From a phage: a DNA stretch of 64,000 nt. Of this stretch, positions 26,285 to 35,831 are shown piece after piece. Position 1 is the stretch's first letter, and the number at the start of each line of letters is the position of its first letter. The notes beneath the pieces are model-generated. The model was not told the origin of the DNA, made no database searches, and saw only the letters and a list, made by a program, of their open reading frames with translations. The position numbers and the translations under genes were made by a program. The DNA is taken from the NCBI GenBank assembly GCA_022897995.1, contig GCA_022897995.1_4763.1. The stretch is one strand, 5' to 3'.

Positions 26285-28429
26285 ATGCCAGAAGTAAAAG
26301 AAACTAGCATTAACACAACCATTTGGCTTCCTCATACTTTCGCGTGTTCAATTACTGCCGAATCGGAAGACCCATCTAAGACGAGGAAGGGTTATCATTG
26401 GAAAAAGGATGGTAAATTGGTCACTATGACCGATGCTCCGTCTTTTCCATTGAAGACAGTAAAGGAAGAGGACAAAACAGGCTGGTCTGTTAATGTTCGT
26501 GGGTATGCTCAAGATGACAATGAGTTTACTGGTGATTCTGTTGATATCGGTACGGAAAATTTCACCTTTGAATTGTTTGATAATCCATATGTAGAACATG
26601 TATACCCGCCACGGTCATTTATTGTTGGTGATGAAATAAAGGCAAAGATTGTTTTTCGTAGTCATATCCAGAATAATATTTCTGTAGACCTTTATTACAA
26701 CGATGGTTTGGTTGATTCCATTGATGGTGATCTAGGTTTAGACCATCGTGAATTTAAAATTGCAAAATTTGCGTGGCCTGAATTTTCCGGCACATATCGA
26801 ATGGAATTGAGCGATGAACATGATGATGTAAAATTTGTATATCCTTTCTTTGCTAGTATTGTCGAAAGTAAGGAAGTGTTTAACGTTCAAAAATACGCAC
26901 CTGCTTATTTTACCGTAGAAGATGATGCGCCGAATCAGGCCGAATATACTATTGTCCGCTACCGATTAGAGCGTGGTGATGGTACTTTGGTATATGAATC
27001 TAAAGATAAGACCTTGTATGTAACAAAACATGCTCAAGAGTCTGACGCCGGAGAATATGTTGCTTTTGTGCGTGCATATAAAGTTGTTAATGGTCCTGGG
27101 TCTGGTGAGCAATTCATCGATGGCGATAAACATCGCTTTACGGTAAATGTTAAGGAAAATGAGTTTTTCAGCCATGATTTTAGTGCTGTTGATTTTCGTT
27201 ATCCTTCTGGATCTACTGTAAACCTTGATATGCCAGTGATGCAAGCCGATAGCTCGTGGAACCGCCATTACGGTATGCTTAGTAACAACGTTTACTTTAC
27301 GTGGATGCTTGGCGGTAAGAAACTTCAAAGTAAAAAATATGGTGATGAAGGATACGACCGAATCACCCTATCTGGATTGCAATATGATAACAGCGTTGCG
27401 CTTCAATTGTTGGTTGCTCCTGCCAATCCAGCGGGTGAGCAGGTGATTCCTAACGGTCGTCCACTGTTTTATGACCGTCGTATGCTTGAGATTTATGATA
27501 AAGAGTATGATTATCGTAATATTGAAGTGGGTGAACCGATTGTTCTCAAGATCGTAGATCCTGAACCGCCAGCTAGTGATGATCCTGAACAAACACGAAC
27601 TTTGGTTATCACCAAAAACGACGTTAAAGTAACGGAACTACCGCTAGGCACTAAGGAATATAAGATCACTGACTCCGCTGACCGAGACCATAACGGAATC
27701 TGGGCGCATGAGTATCGTGATAGTCCGAGTAAAGATCCATTTAGTGCACATACCGATTTTGATATTGCTGGTCGCGCAACTTATCATGTTGAAGTTGTGC
27801 CAAATATGGAATTTGATGGTCCTCATCCGGTACAGGTGACGGAAGGGGATACGTTGACTATTGAAGCAACCATGCTTAAACCGCCAGCCTCATATGTTCC
27901 GACTTATGAGTTTAGCAAGAGTGGAGTTAAATTGCCAATTGCTGATGCAAGGACGCCGATTTATCGTAAGGCAAATGTTACCTTAGATGATGCTGGTGTT
28001 TATCGATTTGTTGCATTTGCTGATAAAAACAACAACGAAACTCTAGACCCAGGTGAGATCATCGGCTATACAAAATATGTTCAAGTTGTGGTTAATAAAC
28101 GTCCTGTTCGACCAGATGAACCTAAACCGGAAGTTAAAATTGTTACTCTGTTTAATGATTTTAGTAAAGGCCGATTTAGTCCGTGTCCGTATTGGGTAAT
28201 TGATGAACTTGTCGAACTGATGGAAGATCCGCATGGCTGGATGGGTAAACTTGAAGATGCTGTCTACTATGACTGGCAGATCACTATCTTTAATGAGTTC
28301 TTAAAAGGTAAAGATCTGTATCTTCAAGACTCCTGTAATGGTTATTGGGCTATTGTTCGTCAGAAAGACATGACAATCGAAACTGGTTACGGTCGATTTA
28401 AACACTATCACACAAATGGATTAGAGTAA
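26285..28429 (+). CDS. large multi-Ig-like-domain protein
   Basis: 714 aa with repeated Ig/I-set-like signatures (YHWKKDGK...EEDKTGWSVNV; ESDAGEYVAFV; TLDDAGVYRFVAF); distinct C-terminal domain. Confidence 0.6.
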   Translation: MPEVKETSINTTIWLPHTFACSITAESEDPSKTRKGYHWKKDGKLVTMTDAPSFPLKTVKEEDKTGWSVNVRGYAQDDNEFTGDSVDIGTENFTFELFDNPYVEHVYPPRSFIVGDEIKAKIVFRSHIQNNISVDLYYNDGLVDSIDGDLGLDHREFKIAKFAWPEFSGTYRMELSDEHDDVKFVYPFFASIVESKEVFNVQKYAPAYFTVEDDAPNQAEYTIVRYRLERGDGTLVYESKDKTLYVTKHAQESDAGEYVAFVRAYKVVNGPGSGEQFIDGDKHRFTVNVKENEFFSHDFSAVDFRYPSGSTVNLDMPVMQADSSWNRHYGMLSNNVYFTWMLGGKKLQSKKYGDEGYDRITLSGLQYDNSVALQLLVAPANPAGEQVIPNGRPLFYDRRMLEIYDKEYDYRNIEVGEPIVLKIVDPEPPASDDPEQTRTLVITKNDVKVTELPLGTKEYKITDSADRDHNGIWAHEYRDSPSKDPFSAHTDFDIAGRATYHVEVVPNMEFDGPHPVQVTEGDTLTIEATMLKPPASYVPTYEFSKSGVKLPIADARTPIYRKANVTLDDAGVYRFVAFADKNNNETLDPGEIIGYTKYVQVVVNKRPVRPDEPKPEVKIVTLFNDFSKGRFSPCPYWVIDELVELMEDPHGWMGKLEDAVYYDWQITIFNEFLKGKDLYLQDSCNGYWAIVRQKDMTIETGYGRFKHYHTNGLE

Positions 28430-28440
28430 AATGTAGTCAA

Positions 28441-28471
28441 AGCCATCCGAAAGGGTGGCTTTTTTATTTTT
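28441..28471 (+). terminator. rho-independent terminator
   Basis: agccatccgaaagggtggct hairpin plus TTTTTTATTTTT. Confidence 0.65.
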
Positions 28472-28476
28472 AGGTG

Positions 28477-28505
28477 TTGACAACCGGACCGTGGTATAGC
28501 ATAAT
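28477..28505 (+). promoter_or_regulatory. early sigma70-type promoter
   Basis: TTGACA, 17 bp spacer, CATAAT; leader CACATCGACAAC. Confidence 0.6.
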
Positions 28506-28534
28506 GCACACATCGACAACAAAGGAGAACCAAA

Positions 28535-28744
28535 ATGATTAATCCAGTAGCCGCAGCACTTGCTTCCGAAGAAACTTTGAAGTATATGGTAGAACATGCA
28601 GCAAAGAAAGGAGAAATTGTTACTGCCGATGAGATCGTAGAAACCATGCTCCGCGATCCGAAGGGTAACACGGCAAAGTTTTTCGGTGATCATCTTAAGC
28701 TGGCTTACAAAACAATTATGGAGACTGTAAAGAATGCAAAATGA
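28535..28744 (+). CDS. hypothetical early protein
   Basis: 69-aa ORF after AGGAGAACCAAA. Confidence 0.5.
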   Translation: MINPVAAALASEETLKYMVEHAAKKGEIVTADEIVETMLRDPKGNTAKFFGDHLKLAYKTIMETVKNAK

Positions 28745-29072
28745 TGTGATTGAAGTTATTATGAATCAATACCGAAACCGGATTTGGTCTGGACGTATCA
28801 AAGAAGAAAAGGCAAAACGGATCATCGAAAAATATGCTGAAAAGACTAAGCAAGCGCCAACGGCTAACAGAGTTATGATTCTTAAATGTCTGGTGCTTTC
28901 CGGTGACGATATGCCGATTGATGCAGAGACAGCCACCGATTTTCATAAGACCTATCGCCAGTGTGATGTAATTTTTACTTCTGGCTTCGGTAGTTATGAC
29001 TCTATTATGTGGAATTTAATGCACCTTGACGAAACGATCTGGGATGTACTTTCAGAGGAGGGCTACAATTGA
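28734..29072 (+). CDS. hypothetical protein
   Basis: 112-aa ORF, coupled. Confidence 0.45.
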   Translation: MQNDVIEVIMNQYRNRIWSGRIKEEKAKRIIEKYAEKTKQAPTANRVMILKCLVLSGDDMPIDAETATDFHKTYRQCDVIFTSGFGSYDSIMWNLMHLDETIWDVLSEEGYN

Positions 29073-29419
29073 ACATTGATATTCAGCGATTAATTGATCA
29101 TCTTCACGCTGGAATACCTTATCATGGCGACGTTACCCGCGATATTCTTGATGTGTTGGAATATACCCAGCAAGTGATCAACGAAAAGCAAGCATTAGAA
29201 TCACGGATCGACGAGGCAATAGGAAACATTGCAACCGAGGATGAATTAGATAATCACTTTGGACCTGTTCTCGATGCTCTTATGGCTGCGCGTGATACTA
29301 AGCTAAAACAGGATAAACAAGAATTTATCCTTGATGGTTTAGCTCGTTATCACAATGCAATTGATATTATGAATAACCAGCATGATTATGCTATTAGTGT
29401 TTTAAGGGGTATGGCATGA
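29069..29419 (+). CDS. hypothetical protein
   Basis: 116-aa ORF, coupled. Confidence 0.45.
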   Translation: MNIDIQRLIDHLHAGIPYHGDVTRDILDVLEYTQQVINEKQALESRIDEAIGNIATEDELDNHFGPVLDALMAARDTKLKQDKQEFILDGLARYHNAIDIMNNQHDYAISVLRGMA

Positions 29420-29700
29420 AAGACACAAACGAATTTAACGGCATTCAAGTAAGCCCAAATTTTATTGTTCCATCACTGGTGACTAAATTGAATGGTCATA
29501 TGGTCGCTTTGTCTTCCACACCGCCAGAATCAGGAAAGTTTATTACTATCGTAGTTTATGCGGGGCAAATTTTCTCTCATGATTGCTGCATGAAAAACGG
29601 TGAACTGATGGTTGCAAATTATGACTACGGCGACCTTGAGTGGGAAGTTTTAGGACTGGCTAAAGGTGCTGAAATTCTGGGCTATATTCGATTAATTTAA
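29416..29700 (+). CDS. hypothetical protein
   Basis: 94-aa ORF, coupled. Confidence 0.45.
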   Translation: MKDTNEFNGIQVSPNFIVPSLVTKLNGHMVALSSTPPESGKFITIVVYAGQIFSHDCCMKNGELMVANYDYGDLEWEVLGLAKGAEILGYIRLI

Positions 29701-29718
29701 AATTTTTCTTAGAAAGTG

Positions 29719-29747
29719 TTGACAGCGATCCGGTGTTATTGCATAAT
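29719..29747 (+). promoter_or_regulatory. early sigma70-type promoter
   Basis: TTGACA, 17 bp spacer, CATAAT; leader CCATCGAAACGAG. Confidence 0.6.
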
Positions 29748-29787
29748 ACACCCATCGAAACGAGATGCACTTTCTAGGAGAATCAAA

Positions 29788-30009
29788 ATGGCAACTGTTA
29801 AAATTATCAAATCTTCCGCTGGCTTCGGTTTCATGCGTGGCGCTAAGTACCCGATGATTATTGAAAACGTTGCCATCGAAGATGGTATGGCTAAAGTGAC
29901 CAGCCGTCAATTGTTCGAAGCTGGTGTTAAAACTGCCGAATCATGGGCGCTTCGCTATCCTAACAAAACTTGGTCCTTCTTCCTGAATGGTGAGGCTGAG
30001 ATCATTTAA
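29788..30009 (+). CDS. hypothetical early protein
   Basis: ATG after AGGAGAATCAAA; 73 aa. Confidence 0.5.
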   Translation: MATVKIIKSSAGFGFMRGAKYPMIIENVAIEDGMAKVTSRQLFEAGVKTAESWALRYPNKTWSFFLNGEAEII

Positions 30010-30012
30010 TTG

Positions 30013-30040
30013 TTGACACGGGGAGAGATCCCCGTATAAT
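30013..30040 (+). promoter_or_regulatory. early promoter with stem-loop (PeSL-type)
   Basis: TTGACA, inverted repeat cggggagagatccccg, TATAAT. Confidence 0.6.
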
Positions 30041-30070
30041 GATAGCCATACCAACTAAGGAGAATCAAAG

Positions 30071-30361
30071 ATGATCACTGAACAATTAATCAAGCATATC
30101 AGAAACATCATCTGGGATCTGTCTGGCGATAAAGAGGAACAAGCTGAACGCATTTTAGCTAAACTCTATAAACGCCGTGACCGTGGAGTATCAGCAAAGA
30201 AAGTAGAAACTTTCAAAGAATTGTCTTTCATCGAAGCTAAAAAGGATGGATTAATTTATCAGTTGACAGATGGTTACTGGTGCTATGATAATACTCGCTA
30301 TGACACCGCGACTGATGCATTAAAAGCATGTAATGACCATCTTCGCAAAACTACCATTTGA
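30071..30361 (+). CDS. hypothetical early protein
   Basis: 96-aa ORF after AGGAGAATCAAAG. Confidence 0.5.
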   Translation: MITEQLIKHIRNIIWDLSGDKEEQAERILAKLYKRRDRGVSAKKVETFKELSFIEAKKDGLIYQLTDGYWCYDNTRYDTATDALKACNDHLRKTTI

Positions 30362-30371
30362 GGATTATATT

Positions 30372-30569
30372 ATGAAGGTTAAAACATTAGCTGATATGGA
30401 TGAGATTGAGACTCAAGTACATGCGGCGTTAGTCGGTTATGAGTTTGGTCGATTCCTTAATAAGTTCCATGACTATAAATGCTTAAATTGTGGTGCTCAT
30501 AACGTAATTGGTGCTTGTTGTCTTAATCCTGTTATAGTACCATATAAAAGAAATGAAACAGAAGAGTGA
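30372..30569 (+). CDS. small Cys-containing protein
   Basis: ATG after GAGGATTATATT; CLNCGAH...GACC. Confidence 0.4.
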   Translation: MKVKTLADMDEIETQVHAALVGYEFGRFLNKFHDYKCLNCGAHNVIGACCLNPVIVPYKRNETEE

Positions 30570-30579
30570 GGAATATAGA

Positions 30580-30798
30580 ATGAAGGCCAACGAATCAGTA
30601 ATACCGCCACCTTTCGGTCGCATTCCTATAGTTATCACAAAGTCAAATACTTCTTTCGTGAAAGTTGGAGAGAAAACGCATATTTCAACCATGCAAGACG
30701 GTACACAATACCTATGGTCTGATTTCTGCCAGCGTTATGAGCGTTTATCATGGGCTACCCGCTTATGGTGTGTTGAGTATAAGGAGATCACAAAATGA
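30580..30798 (+). CDS. hypothetical protein
   Basis: ORF after GAGGAATATAGA. Confidence 0.4.
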   Translation: MKANESVIPPPFGRIPIVITKSNTSFVKVGEKTHISTMQDGTQYLWSDFCQRYERLSWATRLWCVEYKEITK

Positions 30799-31049
30799 TC
30801 ATCGGATACATCCCATATTCAACAACAAAACATATTGTCGGATTCGAAGACATAGAAAAGTCTTGCTTTCCTCTCAAGGTTGAAGTAGACTTTATTACAG
30901 CGAACGGATGGGCTTACGTCACTGTTTCAGAAATGAAGCGCGTAGGCTGGGAAAATTGCATACACCTACCGCATCTTATCCTAGATGTTCGCGCTGGTGA
31001 AATTGATATTGATGGAAAGATCTATGGAGACAATGTAAATGAAAATTGA
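30795..31049 (+). CDS. hypothetical protein
   Basis: 84-aa ORF, coupled. Confidence 0.4.
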   Translation: MIIGYIPYSTTKHIVGFEDIEKSCFPLKVEVDFITANGWAYVTVSEMKRVGWENCIHLPHLILDVRAGEIDIDGKIYGDNVNEN

Positions 31050-31296
31050 AATTATTGACCGTGCTGGGTATACTTTCATGGAAAAAGTTAAACTTCCTAT
31101 CATTGTTGAAGGTCGCCCCTTATGTCAAGGATTCATGATAACGACCAGAGAACTACGAAATGCTGGTGTTCCCGTTGAACCATGTTTCGGTGATGATTAT
31201 GAATGGTGTTTCAGTGGTTTTCGTGCACATAAAGCAAAAGAAGCACGAAAAGCATCATGGTTTGCTCGCTTTAATAACTGGTTGAGGAAACTGTGA
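31039..31296 (+). CDS. hypothetical protein
   Basis: 85-aa ORF. Confidence 0.4.
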   Translation: MKIEIIDRAGYTFMEKVKLPIIVEGRPLCQGFMITTRELRNAGVPVEPCFGDDYEWCFSGFRAHKAKEARKASWFARFNNWLRKL

Positions 31297-31634
31297 TGTG
31301 TGAAATGAAAATGTATATGATTCTAAGTGATTCAGGATACACCTTCTTACAAGGTATTGATAGTGACTCGCGTCCTATTGTTTATGGCAAGGAACATCCG
31401 ACCATTCCTGGGATCATTCTTGTTACGACAACATCACTTCGTAGAGTGTCAGAAAGTCCATACCTACAAAACGTAAAGCAAGACCGAGAATGGGCTTTCG
31501 AGTTAGGTAAAGACCTTGTTGAGTGGGTAAACTGTGAAGACAAGAACCAACGAAATCATGAAAAGAAGATTGCACGACTTGAACATAGAAGAAAACTTGA
31601 TGAAATCAAAAACAGGATTCTACAATCAATGTAA
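31296..31634 (+). CDS. hypothetical protein
   Basis: 112-aa ORF. Confidence 0.4.
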   Translation: MCEMKMYMILSDSGYTFLQGIDSDSRPIVYGKEHPTIPGIILVTTTSLRRVSESPYLQNVKQDREWAFELGKDLVEWVNCEDKNQRNHEKKIARLEHRRKLDEIKNRILQSM

Positions 31635-31863
31635 CAGGGTATTCATTGTCCTGATGGATTCAGAAAACTATCCCGAACTCGCTAAAACGCGTTTTCCGTG
31701 CGTTGTTGAAGCATATAAGGCAAATGCACCGGATAAACGGTTTATCGTGTTAGCGAGCGAAATAGAGCGATTAGGGGCTATTCCTAAACATGATGAATAT
31801 GTGTTTCGTAAGGTGTACTCTGTACATAATTTTGATGTAGTAGTTAATTCACTAAAATCATAA
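31534..31863 (+). CDS. hypothetical protein (start uncertain)
   Basis: ORF overlaps the previous by about 100 nt; the real start may be the internal ATG near 31654. Confidence 0.3.
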   Translation: MKTRTNEIMKRRLHDLNIEENLMKSKTGFYNQCNRVFIVLMDSENYPELAKTRFPCVVEAYKANAPDKRFIVLASEIERLGAIPKHDEYVFRKVYSVHNFDVVVNSLKS

Positions 31864-31871
31864 AAAAGTTG

Positions 31872-31900
31872 TTGACAGGGGATCAGTGATCCCCTATACT
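31872..31900 (+). promoter_or_regulatory. early promoter with stem-loop (PeSL-type)
   Basis: TTGACA, inverted repeat ggggatcagtgatcccc, TATACT; leader CACATCAAAACGAAACAC. Confidence 0.6.
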
Positions 31901-31942
31901 ACACACATCAAAACGAAACACACTTTCTTAAGGAGAATCAAA

Positions 31943-32221
31943 ATGAGCAACCTGTCTTTCGCTAAAGTAGAAATTTCTAAAACTCGCGGTGGCTTTAAAA
32001 TCAAAACTTCCAATATCACTTCCTGCCGTGGTTGCGTCCGGTTTGCGTTCGACTTAGCAGCGAAGCTGGGTATTAAAACCTTTACCGTTGAGAGCGGATC
32101 TAACTGGACCACTCTGATTGTTACTGCCGCTTGGATCAATGGCGAGTATGTAGAAAAAGCATACTTTGACATTTTCTATGACTACGAAGAAAAATGCTTT
32201 TATGCACTGCAAGACATGTAA
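31943..32221 (+). CDS. hypothetical early protein
   Basis: 92-aa ORF after AGGAGAATCAAA. Confidence 0.5.
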   Translation: MSNLSFAKVEISKTRGGFKIKTSNITSCRGCVRFAFDLAAKLGIKTFTVESGSNWTTLIVTAAWINGEYVEKAYFDIFYDYEEKCFYALQDM

Positions 32222-32231
32222 GGAGGATAAC

Positions 32232-32540
32232 GTGACAACACAAGATATTGTTAATGTTCTTTATATCTGGCCTACTGGTGCAATGATCACCTATCTTATA
32301 ATTTGCTTGTATGCCAGATTCGATAAGGACACCAAAGAGGTCGATACTGGAGCATATACCATTTGTTCTATTGTATGGCCTTTAACGTGGGTAGTTGTGA
32401 TCATCGCTTACTCATACAAACTTCTTAAATGGCTTGGACTATCGATCTCGGGGAAACCGGAAGCTAAACCGCGCACACATACCGGATTCAGTCCAAAACA
32501 GGAAGACGACGGTCGATATAAACCGGAAGAAGATTTTTAA
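32232..32540 (+). CDS. membrane protein (GTG start)
   Basis: AAGGAGGATAAC then GTG; two hydrophobic segments. Confidence 0.4.
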   Translation: MTTQDIVNVLYIWPTGAMITYLIICLYARFDKDTKEVDTGAYTICSIVWPLTWVVVIIAYSYKLLKWLGLSISGKPEAKPRTHTGFSPKQEDDGRYKPEEDF

Positions 32541-32545
32541 AAACA

Positions 32546-32575
32546 GTTGACATGAAAATGCGGTTATCCTATAAT
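32546..32575 (+). promoter_or_regulatory. early promoter with stem-loop (PeSL-type)
   Basis: TTGACA, inverted repeat gcggttatcctataataaccgc containing TATAAT. Confidence 0.55.
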
Positions 32576-32609
32576 AACCGCATCAAATGAACGATGTGAG
32601 GATTATATT

Positions 32610-32918
32610 ATGTTTATCTCTTCTGCTACTCCAGTTAAAGTTTACGGCGAAACTGTGTATCTTCCGGCTGGCTATTGCTATGTTATCGTTGACCGTCACG
32701 GTGTAGTGTATGCTTTTAAAGGACGTCCGGTTGAGATTGATTCTGAATATGGTACATGGGGATATAAAGCCGCATACATGGATATTCCTGATTTTGGAGT
32801 ACGTTTAGGAAGATTTGATAACTATGTTAAACCATGCTTGATTAAGTATGCATCCTATGGTAAAACTGTTAAACCAAATAGCGTCGGCTGGATTGATGAC
32901 GGCGTTAACGTGAAATAA
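32610..32918 (+). CDS. hypothetical protein
   Basis: 102-aa ORF after GAGGATTATATT. Confidence 0.5.
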   Translation: MFISSATPVKVYGETVYLPAGYCYVIVDRHGVVYAFKGRPVEIDSEYGTWGYKAAYMDIPDFGVRLGRFDNYVKPCLIKYASYGKTVKPNSVGWIDDGVNVK

Positions 32919-32932
32919 TGTGAGGTGAATTT

Positions 32933-33226
32933 ATGCTGTCTACTCGTAAAATGGTTGTTGGTGTCGCTGAAAATGCTTTAGAAATTGCTGATGAGGCTTT
33001 GACCGTCGCTTATGTTCGACGTGAAGAACTGCTACTGAAATACGCGGATCTATTGGTTGAACTGAAAGAGATTGCGAAAGCTGGTAAAAGCACGCTAGCA
33101 ACTGCCATTAAACTTTCTGATATTGGAGATGAGATCGTGGAGATCCACACTAAGATTAAAGAAGTAGAAAAATACTCTGAAATGCTGCGACATAATCTTG
33201 ATGAATTTGGGGTAAATCATGGCTAA
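32933..33226 (+). CDS. hypothetical protein
   Basis: 97-aa ORF. Confidence 0.45.
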   Translation: MLSTRKMVVGVAENALEIADEALTVAYVRREELLLKYADLLVELKEIAKAGKSTLATAIKLSDIGDEIVEIHTKIKEVEKYSEMLRHNLDEFGVNHG

Positions 33227-33440
33227 GGGACGATCTGGACGAGTTTTAACGCTGGCTGAACTGAGAGAAAAAGGATTAGATCCCGATTCTGTCGGTATCA
33301 GACCTGTTAATTACATTCTGTTTCTAGAGTGTACACTCTTTACTAATGCTCATCCAGCATTAAATGCACCACACTTTTATAAGTGCAATGACTTTAGCGG
33401 GTATATCGTTCCAGAATATTTCTTAGAATTTGATGATTAG
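33219..33440 (+). CDS. hypothetical protein
   Basis: 73-aa ORF. Confidence 0.4.
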   Translation: MAKGRSGRVLTLAELREKGLDPDSVGIRPVNYILFLECTLFTNAHPALNAPHFYKCNDFSGYIVPEYFLEFDD

Positions 33441-33726
33441 TATAAAACACTCACCGACCGGAAAGGGGTCGGTGATCTTTAATGATGATAAACCGTTAAT
33501 CTTGATTCGTAATGGTGACTGGACATTACACGATACCCGTGTTACTATCCATTCACCGCCTAAAGAGATTCAACGGGAATTGGTTAGGATTGCCCTAACC
33601 GACAAGCATAAAGAGGCGGTAGGCTATTCTCTTCTGAAATTGGGTGTTGACTTTCCTTTCGAGTATACGCTAACATTCAGAGAGCAGTCGGTGAAGCTAA
33701 CAGAGATTCTATTCTCTGAGATATGA
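33430..33726 (+). CDS. hypothetical protein
   Basis: 98-aa ORF. Confidence 0.4.
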   Translation: MMISIKHSPTGKGSVIFNDDKPLILIRNGDWTLHDTRVTIHSPPKEIQRELVRIALTDKHKEAVGYSLLKLGVDFPFEYTLTFREQSVKLTEILFSEI

Positions 33727-33736
33727 GGATTATATA

Positions 33737-34168
33737 ATGGTTTATCCAACTCCTAGTAAGATTTACATTGATGATACCCATTTTATGGTTGATATGATGG
33801 GTATAAAGTTTAGTGGTAATGTTAAAATTGTAGAATGGGAATTACACGGTCAACCTGTAACCGATTATGACCATTATATCCCTTTCGGTGGTGATGATAA
33901 CTTTGTTTCGTTTGACCATGAAGGTTACATGAACTTTGAGCAAGACGATGTACCTTTATATCTGGCAATGATGGATATTCCGACTAAAACAGAATATACA
34001 GAGGGTGATTGCGATTGTTGCGGATACTACAGCGTAACAGATATTAAGCTGCCATCCGGTAAAGAACTTTACAAAGAGGACCATTTCGGAAACTGCAATT
34101 TTCCTTGCGGTTGGCAAGAATTTTTCGAACTGGTAGAGATTGAGCGAACTTATTTGAGGAAGGGATAA
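33737..34168 (+). CDS. hypothetical Cys-rich protein
   Basis: 143 aa; CDCCGYY...CNFPCGW. Confidence 0.45.
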   Translation: MVYPTPSKIYIDDTHFMVDMMGIKFSGNVKIVEWELHGQPVTDYDHYIPFGGDDNFVSFDHEGYMNFEQDDVPLYLAMMDIPTKTEYTEGDCDCCGYYSVTDIKLPSGKELYKEDHFGNCNFPCGWQEFFELVEIERTYLRKG

Positions 34169-34980
34169 TGAAGAAAGCATTAGGTTTAATTCCCTATACG
34201 GGCAATAAGGAAAAGTTATTGCCTGGTGTTAGTAAGTATTTCCCTAAGCAATATAACCGCTTTGTCGATGCCTTTTGTGGTGGCTTGAGCGTGTCTCTGT
34301 ACGTAGAAGGGGATGTGCTGGCTAATGACTATGATCACCGCTTAATTGATGCTTACAAAGCGATTGACGAGTGTCCTGATCCGGTTTCTACGATCAAGCG
34401 TATTATTGCCGAGAATGGTTTGTCTCGCGAAGATAAAGACGCTTACATGACATTCCGTAAGAAGTATAACGAGAATCCAGATCCGCTATCGCTGTTTGTG
34501 TTGATTCAGCATAGTTTTAGCAACATTAACCGACATAACCGGAAGGGCGAATTTAATGCTAATTTTGGTCGCCGGACTTTTAACGAAAACGCGGTAGAGC
34601 GTGTCCTGAATTTTAAAGAAGAAAACAAAGACGGTCGAATCAATTTTACGTCTGGTCGTTATGACGAGATCGAGATCTTGCCTGGTGATTTCGTTTATTT
34701 GGACCCGCCGTACCTTATCACTTCTGCTGAATATAATAAGTTCTGGAGTGACGAGGAAGAGATTAAATTCTACCAGTGGGTAGAATCTATTATGGCGCGT
34801 GGTTTTCAGTTTGGTATCAGTAATGTCACACATCATAAGGGAAAGGTAAATGATCATCTTCTTGACTTTATCAAGCGGAATGATTTAAACTGCGTCCTGT
34901 TGAATAAGACCTATTGTCTAGATCGTTCAGGTGGCAAGTCTTCTGATACGCAAGAAGTTTATGTAACTAACGTAGATTGA
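34168..34980 (+). CDS. dam: DNA adenine methyltransferase (Dam)
   Basis: FVDAFCGGLSV (SAM-binding F-x-G-x-G) and DPPY catalytic motif; 270 aa. Confidence 0.85.
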   Translation: MKKALGLIPYTGNKEKLLPGVSKYFPKQYNRFVDAFCGGLSVSLYVEGDVLANDYDHRLIDAYKAIDECPDPVSTIKRIIAENGLSREDKDAYMTFRKKYNENPDPLSLFVLIQHSFSNINRHNRKGEFNANFGRRTFNENAVERVLNFKEENKDGRINFTSGRYDEIEILPGDFVYLDPPYLITSAEYNKFWSDEEEIKFYQWVESIMARGFQFGISNVTHHKGKVNDHLLDFIKRNDLNCVLLNKTYCLDRSGGKSSDTQEVYVTNVD

Positions 34981-34988
34981 GGTATAAC

Positions 34989-35270
34989 ATGGTAGAAATT
35001 TTTGGTTTTGAAGGTTACAACTGTAAGTATTGCCAGAATGCAAAGCGCCTTTGTGAATCGCGTAAGATCCCTTACATCTACATTCCGGTTAATGATGGTG
35101 TTGACGAAAACGGTCGCCCTGTAAAGATTGATTCTATCATTGCCGATATTCAGGATCGCGCAGGGGTAGAAGTTATTGCCACCATGCCGCAGATTTTCTA
35201 TAATGGTGATTATATTGGTGGCTTTGATGAGTTCCGATCCTTTGTAGTCAAAAACAAGATTAATGGTTAA
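34989..35270 (+). CDS. nrdC: glutaredoxin/thioredoxin (NrdC-like)
   Basis: CKYC active site; about 94 aa; adjacent to gene 49 as in T4. Confidence 0.7.
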   Translation: MVEIFGFEGYNCKYCQNAKRLCESRKIPYIYIPVNDGVDENGRPVKIDSIIADIQDRAGVEVIATMPQIFYNGDYIGGFDEFRSFVVKNKING

Positions 35271-35294
35271 ATACCTTCTTTGGAGGGTGAATTT

Positions 35295-35768
35295 ATGTTA
35301 CTGACTGCTAAGAGTGCTAAAGAGTACAAACAAGAACTATTCGAAAAACAGGGGGGCATTTGCCCCCTTTGTCAATTGCCACTTTTTGAGGATATGAGCA
35401 AAAACCATCTTGACCACGACCACGATCTAGATGGGAAAGGGCAAGGCCGCGTAAGGGGATTGCTTCATTCGTGTTGCAACCGCCTAGAAGGATCGTTGAC
35501 CGGAGACTTTAAGCGGTTTGGTGTTGGTGCTTTAGGTGCTGATTTCGTTGTTTGGGCTACAAACTATGTTAATTACATCAAAGGAGACTACACCAACAAT
35601 CATTTACACCCTCAATATGCTGTTGATAAAATAAAACGATTTTCACGCTTGACACGCGCGGAAATGGTCGCTATTATGGACGCAGAAGGTTTCGATTACT
35701 GCGACGCTGATACAAGAGAAGAGATCACGAAGAAGTATAAGAAACAATTTATACAAAGATTAAGATAG
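35295..35768 (+). CDS. 49: recombination endonuclease VII (gp49)
   Basis: MLLTAKSAKEYKQ...CPLCQ...HLDHDHDL...RGLLHSCCN...YTNNHLHP matches T4 endo VII. Confidence 0.85.
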   Translation: MLLTAKSAKEYKQELFEKQGGICPLCQLPLFEDMSKNHLDHDHDLDGKGQGRVRGLLHSCCNRLEGSLTGDFKRFGVGALGADFVVWATNYVNYIKGDYTNNHLHPQYAVDKIKRFSRLTRAEMVAIMDAEGFDYCDADTREEITKKYKKQFIQRLR

Positions 35769-35771
35769 TAA

Positions 35772-35800
35772 TTGACAATAAGAAATGGGAGTAGTAAAAT
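35772..35800 (+). promoter_or_regulatory. early promoter with stem-loop (PeSL-type)
   Basis: TTGACA, inverted repeat gggagtagtaaaatactccc, TAAAAT. Confidence 0.6.
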
Positions 35801-35831
35801 ACTCCCATCTAATCAAGAAGGAGAATCAACA

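Noticed and set aside
35772-35831. Track ORF starts that fall inside promoters (for example 35772 TTG, 13319, 16232, 29716, 31886)
   Set aside because: These alternative starts read through the -35/-10 elements and conserved leader; the ATG after the Shine-Dalgarno was used instead.
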